A stretch of DNA of 57,832 bases, the filler included, from Streblomastix strix (lineage: Eukaryota), in NCBI GenBank assembly GCA_008636045.1. It is 3 parts of 3 records of this genome, joined end to end, with 100 filler letters (N's around TTAATTAATTAA, not from the genome) between each part and the next. Parts side by side here need not be neighbours in the genome. Positions count along the whole stretch, not along the records: positions 38,641 to 57,832 come from SNRW01000534.1; 2 more parts are not named here. One strand, 5' to 3'. The notes beneath the pieces are model-generated. The model was not told the DNA's origin. It saw nothing but the letters and a program-made list of their open reading frames with translations, and searched no databases. Position 1 is the first letter of the stretch; each line of letters opens with the position of its first letter. Both the position numbers and the translations under genes were made by a program. This document shows positions 46,862 through 57,832 of the stretch, piece after piece.

Positions 46862-47625
46862 TACAAAAAAATATTGATAAGAACTTATTATATGACATTG
46901 ATTTCCCCCTAAATTTATACTGTATTAGATAGTTCTTGTTGAGTATATCAACATTAATTTTATAAATTCTCTTAGGTATATCAATATTAGTGAAGAGGCT
47001 GGGCTAGGAAGTTTAGGCATCTTTAACTATATTTTCAAAGCTATAATAGGCTTATTTTTGTTGCAATTTGTTTTATATAGCAATAAGTAAATTATTTATA
47101 TTAAATTGAAATAAAATTTATACATGGGGCGTTCGCGTGGGCAATTTTTAAAATAAAAAAATAAATAAGTTTATTTTAGACTAATTTAGCCTAAATTTGG
47201 ATTTATTATAAATTAAATATAATTTTAGTGTGAAAAATCATTATGAAATACAGTAACAAATTACCGAGGAAGGCAGCATAATTAGACTAGTTTCTTTACC
47301 CGTTCATAGAATATTCAGACAATATTAGATGAGTCAAGGATCACTATTCATTAATTAAATATAAAAAAACGAATTTATGCTAATTTAGCCTAAAATTTGC
47401 ACATTTATTTTTTCATATTTAAAATTGCTCCTACGACTGTCCTAGATCAAAATTTTATCATAATCATATTTTAATAGTTAAGTTATTGCTGAATAAAACA
47501 TATAAAAATAAAATTATGCAAAATATAATTAATGTTGACATACTCAGCAAGAGCTATCTAATGAACAATAAATTTAGGCAAAAATCTGTGATTTATACAA
47601 TGATCCTTATCTATATTTATTTGAT
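46862..47625. mobile_element. ~760-bp foldback/MITE-like inverted repeat between divergent genes
   Basis: 46900-46965 (gatttccccctaaatttatactgtattagatagttcttgttgagtatatcaacattaatt) closely matches the reverse complement of ~47525-47587. Further paired blocks at ~47060-47200/~47375-47520; ~180-bp central spacer; ~80-bp insertion in the left arm. Confidence 0.85.
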
Positions 47626-47804
47626 TTGTGTTTGAAATTGGATTTTATAAAAATATAGTTCAAATTTTCATACGTAATTTATCATATTTTTTAATTTTTT
47701 ACATCATAATTATTGGATAATTATTTTTTTCTAAATTATAATTCAAAGAAGTATAAGGGTAATATCCCTATTTACATATTTTTTTTCAGAACCAAAGGAA
47801 AGAA

Positions 47805-50126
47805 ATGTAAGCAGTGAATATATAGATGAGCAGGAATACATCCCCTTCTGAATCATTGACAATGGATGATCCCAATAAGATGGATTACAGTGTATTCAGC
47901 TGCTATTTAGAGAAAAAAATGGAAAATATTGCTAAAAAAAATTCTGCAAAAATTTAAATTTAATAAAAGAAATTAAGACAGGCAGAATTAGTTAATTTGA
48001 AGAAACTTGCACTAATTAGTCTATCCTGTGGTGAATATTAGGCTGCATTTTCAATATTTAAGAGGATTTTGCTATATTGTCCATAAGATTAAAGGTTTAA
48101 AACATATGAATATAATACAAGTTTTTTTTTAATTTAAAATATTAAAAATTAGAATAAAATTCAAATTGTAATAAGGTACTTTTATATTCTTTATTTATAT
48201 AGAGCATGGTTACGACTTGGTGAATGCAGCTTGACAATTGTTGTTTAACGACTTTTTTAGAAGGAACAATAACCTGAATATGGATAAGATAAAAAAATAT
48301 GAGATAAAATTAACAATTAACCCAAACCAGCTTATCTCATTAGACCATATGATATAGCTGCTTAAGATCTTAATAAATTACATAAAAAAGAAAATGATTA
48401 TTTATAACCAAAATTTTCTGCAGTCAGAACAATTTTAGAGATGGAAAAGAATAAATAAGATTAACATTTAAAATAGGAAAGTACAGAATAGAATTAAATT
48501 GATAATTAATATGGAGAGGGTGATACGAATAATCACATTAACAATAAATTGTTGCATCAAAACCAATATTTACCCAATAATGAAAATAATATAAATTCAA
48601 TCAATAATGAAAACAATCAATAAGATGAATATATAAAAGATATTAATGATGATGAAAATGAAGAAGATTATGATGAAGGATAAGCTGCAGAAGAAGGATG
48701 ACCAAGTCTTAGTTTATCTGCGATATGTTTCGAGAATGTTTTAATTCTTATAAATAAGATAGTTTCATAGTTAGATGAAAGAAATCAAAAATAAAATTCA
48801 ATTCATATTCCTCAAATAACTTCATCATCAATTCCACCTCTACAATCCAATATATGTAATAGATCATCCTAGAAGAATCATTTGAATCTACTTTAAGAGT
48901 TGGCATAATTACGTTATTCTGCTCTTGTCTAACTGAGCTTCTGTCGTCTTTGTTAGGGTGAATATATTTAAGCTGCATCAGCTGCTGAATCACTTCTTAA
49001 TGAAAACTATTAACATTTCATTGATAATTTGAATTTATTAAAAATATCATAATAGAGTAAAATGACAGATAAATTAAATGAAACTGAAATTAAGACTGAA
49101 TAAACTGGAGAAGAATAGATTAATGATAAAATGAACTTATAAAATATAATCACACCAGTACATTAACATCAAAGTTACCTTAATAAATTCATATTAACAC
49201 AACATTCAAAATTATCTTCAAATCAGAAACCAACTCATTCTTATAATTCATTTCCTGCACCTCTTCTTTTCCAACCTCTTTTATTAATTCCTTTCTTTGC
49301 TTCTGAAGAATAATATCAATTATGTTCATTATATGCAGTTGAGGCACTTTTCAAACTTGGGAGGATTTAAGATGCTGAAACAATAATTAATAATATTAAG
49401 TTTTTTTAGAATTGCAAATATAATTCATCAATCTCTCATTTATCACTTCATCATCACAGTGGAATTTATTTTGATATTTAATCTTATGATGAAAGAGAAA
49501 AGAGAAATAAAAAAGATATGTTTGATTAAGACTTGTGCACATAATAATCTGATGAAGAATAAAATATTATCAAATTTAGAAATTTTTTCACAACTTCTCT
49601 TCTTCACCTTCCAACAGCAACATTATATCAACCGCTCTAAATTCATTTTAACCCATTAAATGATATTTAATTTAAATCAATTGACACTCCAACAAAATTT
49701 GATCATTAATAGCAATGCCCTCCAAATTCCAATTAAATAATAGTTAATTCTCTATAACCAACTTCTTTAAATAATTCTGCTGATCACAAATCATTTTGTT
49801 TTATCTGTAATTCATTCGAACTCGCACTATATTCATCATCATCAGTTATATTTAAAAATATTGGAAGAGAAGGATATGCAGCAGAAGAAGCATAAAAAAT
49901 GAAAAATTTAGCAAAAGTTATACAGAAACAATCTTCTGAACTTAGTAAATAAAGTATTGATGAATCATTTTAAACATTAAACTCATCTTAAAAATAAAAT
50001 TAATAGTGAATCTCCTTCTAAGCAAATGAATTATCATTTATCAATATAAGATATATACTAAAAGTGAGTTAAAATATATCAACTCTTTTACGTTATATTA
50101 AACAATTAGAAATAAATAATAATTGA
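47805..50126 (+). CDS. CNOT10: CCR4-NOT subunit 10-like TPR protein with internal in-frame TGA codons (read-through gene or recent pseudogene)
   Basis: Putative ATG 47805, intron 48095-48202. Motifs KLALISLSCGEYQAAFSIF...RAWLRLGEC, SLSLSAICFENVLIL, LRYSALVQLSFCRLCQGEYIQAASAAESLL and SLYAVEALFKLGRIQDA parallel CNOT10. One frame throughout, but TGA at 48300, 48699 and 50007; final TGA 50124-50126. Confidence 0.7.
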
Positions 50127-50189
50127 GTATGTAAATGGTTTCAATAAGTATTTATACGCATTGGATAGGTTTTTATGAATTGTTTTTCT

Positions 50190-53100
50190 TCATAAATCAG
50201 ATTTCTTTTATGAATTGCTATTCTACTATTTTCTGTGCTTCCTTTATTTCTCTAAAAGCTTTACCTAAAAATTTTTAGTAAAATAAATTCAATATAAAAA
50301 AATTAAATAAAGAAGAAAAACCTTTGATCTTGCCCTGACAAATGTGTCTATGTCGGTCAGACGTCTGCTTCGCGCCCCAAAGATAAGATTTTCGCTGATT
50401 TCTTCTGTTGCAAGCGAATACAGTTATCTTCGGGCATGCGGTGAATTAATTGAATGTTAATCATTAATAAAGACGCGGTTATTATAATTTGTGGCCTTGG
50501 TAGAATAAAAAAATGTTAATAAACGTAGAATTGTGAATAAAGCGAGAGTAGCAAATACCTCCAACTTTGTCATTCCACGAAGTACTAATTAGCTGTTTAT
50601 TGGGTGGACATTATCATCGGATGATCCATAGAAAAAGCTTATTCTCTTCCTAATTAAATAAATTAAATAATATTTATAATTTACTAATAATCACAAACTT
50701 ATCCTCTGCGAGTGCATTTAGTCTTTCTTTTGTGAGAACGCTATTATTCTTGTATGCAGCCATATCAGATCTAAAGAAAGTTAAAGATTAATTATTTCAT
50801 TTCATTTTCATTAATAATGGAATTTAATTTTCAAACATATTATAATGCATGTAACGCTCGGTATATGGAGCATCATAAAGTTGCCTAAAAGAAATAATGA
50901 TAACGGTTTAAATTATAAGTTAATAACAAAATTCAAAATTTAATTTTAATAAAAATAAATAAAATTACCAGTCTGTAACAGGAGCAATAGAAAGACCATA
51001 TCTAAACAAATGCCTTCCATAAATTCTCTCATTTTTATTGAACTATGAAGATGAAAGTTAAGATGTTAAATTAACCTTCATTAAAAAATTATATAAAACA
51101 TAGAATCATTATAAATAAATATAAATTAAAACAGTTTTATTATCATAATTAATTACTGTGGTCATACATCAGATGAAAGCATCTTCAAGGTCATATATCC
51201 TCCAAAACTCCAACCATAGACTTAATTCAGGATAAATAATAAAGTATAAAACAATAATAATTTATATAATATGAATAAACCAGATTATTATTATAAACAC
51301 ACTCATTATTCTCTCTTCATCAATTATCTTTTTGAATTTTTGTATCAATTTCTACTCTTCTGGAGGAATCAACTTCACGATTTCATGCTTTTATTTAAGA
51401 ATATTGCCCTAATAGAAATAGTTAATATTAATATTTATCAAGAAATATACATAATGAATATATAAATAAAAATAGAAAAAATTTGATTATTATTCAATAC
51501 TTTTAATATCTCATCAATAAATGATGTATAATCTTATTCTTAAGGATTTCCTAAGTTATTTACTACTATACTTCTATATAAAATACCCTGGGATTAATAG
51601 TTTATTTAAATAAATAATTAAAAATATTAACTAATTTTTATAAATGCTTTTTTATTTAGTTTATATTTATATTGTATACTTGATTCCCACTTCCACGAGC
51701 ATCTACTGACACAATTATTAGTTTGTGTTGAGAAGCGAGATGAACCAACCAAGGATCAGAATCATAAGAGTGATGAGCAATGGATTAACCCGGACCACCA
51801 TAAACATCTGAAGTTATGAATTAATTATAAGAAATATCAGAGATGTGAATAATTCAATTAAATTATTTAATAATAATCATACATAACATCACTGGATATG
51901 CATAATTTGATTTCATATTTGGAGGCCAGATGATCTTAGTGCTGAGAGTCAACTCTGGAAGTTCTTCTTCTTATTATTCATTATTATTTCTGCTACCTAA
52001 ATAGCTATCAATTATTTCATTACTCTTTTTCTTTTCTTTTCTTCTTATTGTGATATTAGCTAATTAAGTTATTGGCATTGAACGATTCATAAGTGCTTCA
52101 ACAAGCTGTTCATTTCGTTCGACTGAGATTGTGCCTTGATATGAAATATAATATTAGAATATAATAAATAATATAATCTCTATTTATATTAATATATATA
52201 AATACCATTTCCATCTTCAGCCCAAGGTCTCTCAATATTCCTTACTGAAGTGATTAATGGAATATTTGAATTGGAGAATGAGTGAATGAAGAATTATCCT
52301 GAATGAGAGAATGAAGCTGAATGATCTCCACCTTCTTTAAATGCATTGATATCTTCAGATTAATTAAGATATTTAATTGGATTTATTGAATTGGAAGATT
52401 AATGATGAAGTTAAGTATTTATATTATTTATCTTATTTTCTTTTGTATTTATTTCTTTATTTTATTTATTTTCTATTATTGTATTGTTATCCCATATTAC
52501 TTTAGGTGTCTATAATGGAGATGAGACAATAACAGGAATTGAATATAATTATGTATCTGCAGGAGATACTGTTGCTGTGAAAATGATTTGGGGAACTAAT
52601 TCTGTTTCTGATTACTGGACTACTCCAACTATCTCCAAGACATCATGTTTGAAGCTTGGATCGATGACAATTGTTGCAACACCATTTTGGATTTAATTTC
52701 TTTATTTATTCTCATTTTCATTTTCATTTCCATTCTTTTTCTTTTCTTATTTTGCAATAGGTATTATAGCAATTGATCTGTATGAGTCAGGTTCAGATGA
52801 ATAAGAATCCCATACATCTGCTATGAGGCCCAATTTCTCAATAAAGAATGGAGTTGAATCTGGAATAAAATATTAATTCAATTCTGCTTTCTAATCACAT
52901 AGCAAATATTCCTCAAGTGGAAGAGAAGGATTTTATTATAGATTCTTCTCATATCCAACTACTTCAGAGTGATCAACAGCATATAAAGCTCTTTCATTCT
53001 GAAATCTGTTATGCACAGTATATACAAATACTTCTCCTGCCCATAGACATTTACCCAAATAAGCCCATCCATCTGAGTCCAGATCTTTCTAGAAGAGTAT

Positions 53101-54450
53101 TTATGGACTAATATTTGATCCTTATTTATCATCTGATACTAACTTAACTGTTGTTATGTGCACTTTACTGATAGTTTGACCTGGACTTGGATATTTAAAT
53201 TTCCAATGGGAATCAAATACATTATCTTCTGATTTTGTTTCATCATTTCCATAAAATGCAGACTAATTTTGCATATATTAACTGTTAATAGAATTTAAGT
53301 TATATTCAATTATTGGTTTCTTTGATAGTGATGAATGAATATATGATATATCTGATGAAGGTACATTCAGAATTGCTCCATTTTAATTATGCTTCTTTCT
53401 TTATAATTTAGAATCTTTATCACTTTCCTTAGATTTTGGCATTGGATCAGGATAAGCATTAGGATCAATTTCATCATAATGTGGAATAGAAACAATTGGA
53501 ACATCTTTCTGATCAAAACTTGCATAAGCCAGGATGTCTCCAGTTGGATCAAAGAATAAGAATTTTGTTCCATCGATTATTTCTTCCTCATGAGCCCAAT
53601 CAGCGATTCCATTAAGTATGGGAGCATCTACTGGTGATCTATTTATTGGATTAACACCAAATTAATCTTAATTTAGTTTAATTTATTCATCTCCAGTAAT
53701 CCGAGTTGTAGAAATAAGTTTCAATGATCCTTCTTCATCATCTCTTTTGAAGTTGGCAACAAAGATGTCATTATTCAATACATAAGCAATCTTGTAATTC
53801 TCTCCATCTGTCTTCAATGACCAGAGTGCGAGTTGAACAAATAACTTATCTTCACTTTGGACAAGATCAATAACTTCTTTATTCTTCAGATCATAGAGAA
53901 TATATTATGCAAATGAAGAATAGCGATATATCATCTGTACATTTATGGCCAATAGAACAATGTTATTGTCTCCACTCAGAGCAACATTACTAAAAGCAAA
54001 TGGATATTCAGCTCCAACTTTGTCTGCTATTTCCTGTTTAAAAATGAATTATAAAATTAATTTGAATACAATATTTAACAAATAATAATCAAACTTTCCC
54101 TGTGCAAAGAATCTAGCGTGTTCCACTGTCTAAATCATAATATATAAGGTCAATATCAGTAGCACTTGTGTTCACGAATATAAATTAGTTTCCATTTTAC
54201 AGCCATTGAGCATTGAATCCTTTCTGACGCAAGTTGAATATATCTTCATAAGAAAATGGGTTTTGTTTTTTTGAAAATGATCCCACTGCATCTAAATCAC
54301 GAAAAATAATATTATAAAGGAAGAAATGTAGCAGTTCATACATAGAATAGATAGTACAGCAGAGACAATGATTATCAGTAGGCAAAATAAGGTAAATGCT
54401 ATATCGCGGAGCACTCTAGATTTATGATCGAGTTGCTTATCTTTAATCAT
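50190..54450 (-). CDS. Dipeptidyl peptidase IV family (S9B) type II membrane peptidase, multi-exon
   Basis: ATG 54450 with an N-terminal TM anchor (IAFTLFCLLIIIVSAVLSIL); IYRYSSFAQYILYDL, NGIADWAHEEEI, KYPSPG, VYGGPG, VDARGSG; catalytic motifs VYGWSFGGY, GSSDDNVH, INDQHSI; TGA 50190-50192. Confidence 0.92.
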
Positions 54451-54969
54451 CTGTAACTGAATAACATTATTATCATAAATAATAAATTTAAATAAATTTA
54501 AGGTTGAATCATGATTTGGGTATTATCTATTCTTTCTAGTTCTTGCAATACATAAATTTTTTATTAAATAAAAATATTTTCTGTGATACGATGCAACTAC
54601 ATAAGAAACGTCAATATTTCAATTAAAATGGATGTATTATATTGTTTATGTTTAAAATAAATTATCTATGCTAATATATAAACTATGTATGTTGTAAAAT
54701 TTTGTTATTAGCAATATTTGCGATAAAATGTTAAATAATTGCTTTCAGGCAAAAAAATAATAAATATATAAAATAAAAAATATGTTCAGAGAAAATTATT
54801 CAACAATAAGAGTAAAATACGAGCTTGAGTTTTTACTCAAAAAAATTTGATGAACTTAAAGTAAAGTTTTGTGTTTTTTATTATGATTTTTTAATGAGAA
54901 AATTATTGGAACTTGATTTAAACATAATCAAGTCATGAAATAAATAATTATTAATAGAAGAAATTAGTT

Positions 54970-55452
54970 TCAATCATCGTTTTCTTATCCTTTGTGCAGT
55001 TTTTTCGCCAACTTCCCTTTACCTCGAGATTTAATATCGAGGATGTCACAAGCACGTTCTATTTCTGAGCGTGAAGAATGTTGCATATTCTCCATCAGCA
55101 TTGTAATATCTCTGTGTGTAATTGGCATCTCTTCGCGTATACCAAGCGCTCTCCAAGCAACTTCAACACCGCATCGATCTGAACAGTAGTGTTTAATTTT
55201 GCTGTTGATTTACTCCTAATTGTCATAGAATCTCTTTCCACAGGATGGATTAGCACAGATACGCAAATAAGCTGCATTAGCCACCATATCTGCTGTATTT
55301 AGAGGTCCAAATAGAGTTACTGCGCACATAAGGGTTTCTTCTCTTATTTATTATACATCATTATTACTTCTTCTTCTTTATTCATTTATATCAGTACTTG
55401 TCTCATTTGTCGGATTAGATCGATCTTTTTCATTATGATGAACTCCATTATG

Positions 55453-55491
<39 letters not shown>

Positions 55492-57832
55492 ATAGTTGGG
55501 TTATCGTGTGACATGAAGATTGAACAAGATCTTCTGAAATTAGTCATTTTCATCTCTGAAATGTACTAATGGTTATTAAGATGTATTATGTGAAGTGGAA
55601 TTGTTTTATATTGCTTATTAATTGCTTAAATGTGTTGGTGAGCTTTATGGTATTGTGCATTGTAGATATTCATGCAATTTCCAAGGCCATTATATAGATG
55701 ATGCATCAACATGATATTTAGTTATATCAGCTTATGATTAATATGTAGATGTATTTCTACTCTCAGGCTCATATACAGTAGAATATCCTTCAATAGGTTG
55801 TCTAACTCCATATCCATATATATCTTCAGTATAGTTAGTATTAGTAATATTATCATCTATCTATTTATATCCTTCATTAATCTACTTATTTCCTTTACCA
55901 ATTCCACTGATACGTTAATTTCCTTATTAATCTCTTTCTTTAGATGCATTTGGAGGCCTTCCTCTGTGTCCTTATGTCTCAGATCCACGTATTAATGACT
56001 TAGAATTCTTATTCCTCTTCTTGACTTTAGTTCCTGGTGGTCTTCCAAGGATTGATTTTTATTAAGCATTATGTGGAATCATATTACCTACTGATGACAG
56101 AAGTGGTATTCCTGTATTGGATACTTATAGTTATAACGAAGAATTAGGAATATTCATATATCCTAATCCCTTCTTCTTCATTCTCTTATCAGAACCAAGT
56201 AAATTATAATGATTTCTTTACTTCTCTTTTGATAGGTAAGGTTTATCATCTATATTCACAAATGCATTATTTAATTGATTCCCAAAAGCGTTATTCAAAT
56301 TCGACTTCAATCCATTTAATCCTATTCTTAGACTTGCTGAGCTTCCAATCAAAGGAGTATTTAATATTCTTTTTCTTCCCTTTTCTGTATTCATAATTTT
56401 GTTTTAATTTGATCCCATATTTATATTCTATTTATATTCTTATTATGCATTCTCTTATTAATCTCTTTATCTCCTGTTATTACCACTCATTTATTAATTC
56501 AATCTTTTAGATTTATTCTACCTACTAAATTAATAGTAATCTCCATCCTGTTGATTATATTCATCATCTATTTCCATCTATTCTTATTCATCATATATTG
56601 ATCTATCTTGCTTCTACTGTTTATATGATGTTGATGAGTAATTACCAGATTAGTTTTATTGATTGGTGTTATCAGAATGATGTTATCTATTTGGGATTGA
56701 ATATATATGAATAAAATTGAATAAATAGATAAATAATAATTTAATCATATAATAAATCTAAAATTCAAACCTTTCTTTCTTTAATACAATATTCCTATGA
56801 TGTGGTTATTAAGATGGAACTTAACTTGTTCCATGAATAGCCTGTATCTAAATCTCTGCATTGGACGTTGATTTCCCAACAATATCTCCAATAGGCTTCT
56901 TCCATTTTCCTTTATTCTTTGGTAACTTCTTATATTTCTTATTAATGGGTTGTGGAGTATATAATCTAATGGCTGTTTCTGATGTAAAAGTCTAGTAAGG
57001 AGATTAATGCATTTAGTTTAATGGATTGAAATTAGATGTTAGTGGATATCCTGGCCTAAACAAATTCTATTGTTTCTACTGAAATGCCTTATTACCAGCA
57101 TTAAGGAATGTATTTGTAAGTGAATATGGTCTTATTTATTATGGACCAGGTAAATATCCGGTCAGTGAAGTTGATGGATAATATGAACTGATTCCTTACT
57201 AGAAATGAGGCATTGTATTGTGATACTGTTACTGCTATTGTTATTCAGTTGTATTTCTCTTAACTGCAAACTTAATCTAACCTGTTCTAAGACGTCTTGA
57301 GAAGTCCTTCAGAAATTCCTTCCATTATCCTCTGCATTTTGGGCATATCCAATGTTTAATATTCTTACTCTGTTCAGGAGTGACTTGAACACATCCAGAA
57401 ACACCACCATGGTACCATTCTTCACATTTATCACAGCATATCATAAATGTATCAAAGGTCCTTAGTCTGCATATACAGTACACTTCAACACCATCAGAAT
57501 TACGCTCTCTAATCTTTGTTGGGTGATTAATTCCATCAATTCTTTCCCTGTCAATTTCACCCTTGTCTTTCTAGGGGATATTAATGAGTTATTATTTGGC
57601 TATATAGTGTTGATATGCAATTTGTGGCATTTCTGGCTTCATATTCATGTATATCTAACTATTTCCTGTATTATCATAACATTCTTTTTCAAATGGAATG
57701 TTTTGTACTGATTATTAATTATCAGATTGTTGTATTACAGATCCAAACATATATGATTTAAGAAATGAAGTTTCATTTTTCTCTATTTAAACATCTTTTT
57801 CTTCTATTAGTTGCTCTATAGGCCCACTTATC
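54970..57832 (-). CDS. Spp1/CFP1-like PHD-finger protein (COMPASS subunit-like), 5'-truncated by the window end
   Basis: PHD finger VYCICR...FMICCDKCEEWYHG...WICPKC (~57330-57495); C-terminal ICANPSC...YCSDRCGVEVA (~55160-55260) resembles CFP1 CxxPxC...YCSDxCG; intron 56687-56770; TGA 54970-54972. Confidence 0.7.

Noticed and set aside
43138..57832. Functional cluster of gene-expression regulators (VPS72, MED31, CNOT10-like, Spp1-like)
   Set aside because: Different complexes, mixed orientations and an unrelated peptidase in between; consistent with chance in a gene-dense contig.

Overview
Very AT-rich eukaryotic DNA with short GT-AG introns, read with a non-standard code in which TAA/TAG = Gln and TGA is the only stop, so the supplied ORF track is mostly fragments. 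The code, intron density and a pyruvate:ferredoxin oxidoreductase relic fit an oxymonad such as Streblomastix (inference). The window is three contigs joined by artificial N/TTAATTAATTAA linkers. Contig A (1-19221) holds a giant ~3,840-aa DDB1/SF3B3/CPSF1-family gene, a THOC7-like gene, a SPRY-like gene and a cNMP-binding gene. Contig B (19322-38540) is mostly decayed sequence: a beta-helix-like gene fragment, a PFOR pseudogene, a large foldback, a DIRS-type retrotransposon relic and a pogo-like transposase relic. Contig C (38641-57832) holds a Q-rich MLLE-domain gene, VPS72, MED31, a ~760-bp foldback, a CNOT10-like gene, a DPP-IV peptidase and a Spp1/CFP1-like PHD gene. The most striking observation is that the CNOT10-like frame has no frameshift yet carries two or three in-frame TGA codons at plausible Trp positions: either gene-specific UGA read-through or a recent pseudogene. 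All homology calls come from motif recognition by eye, not from database searches.
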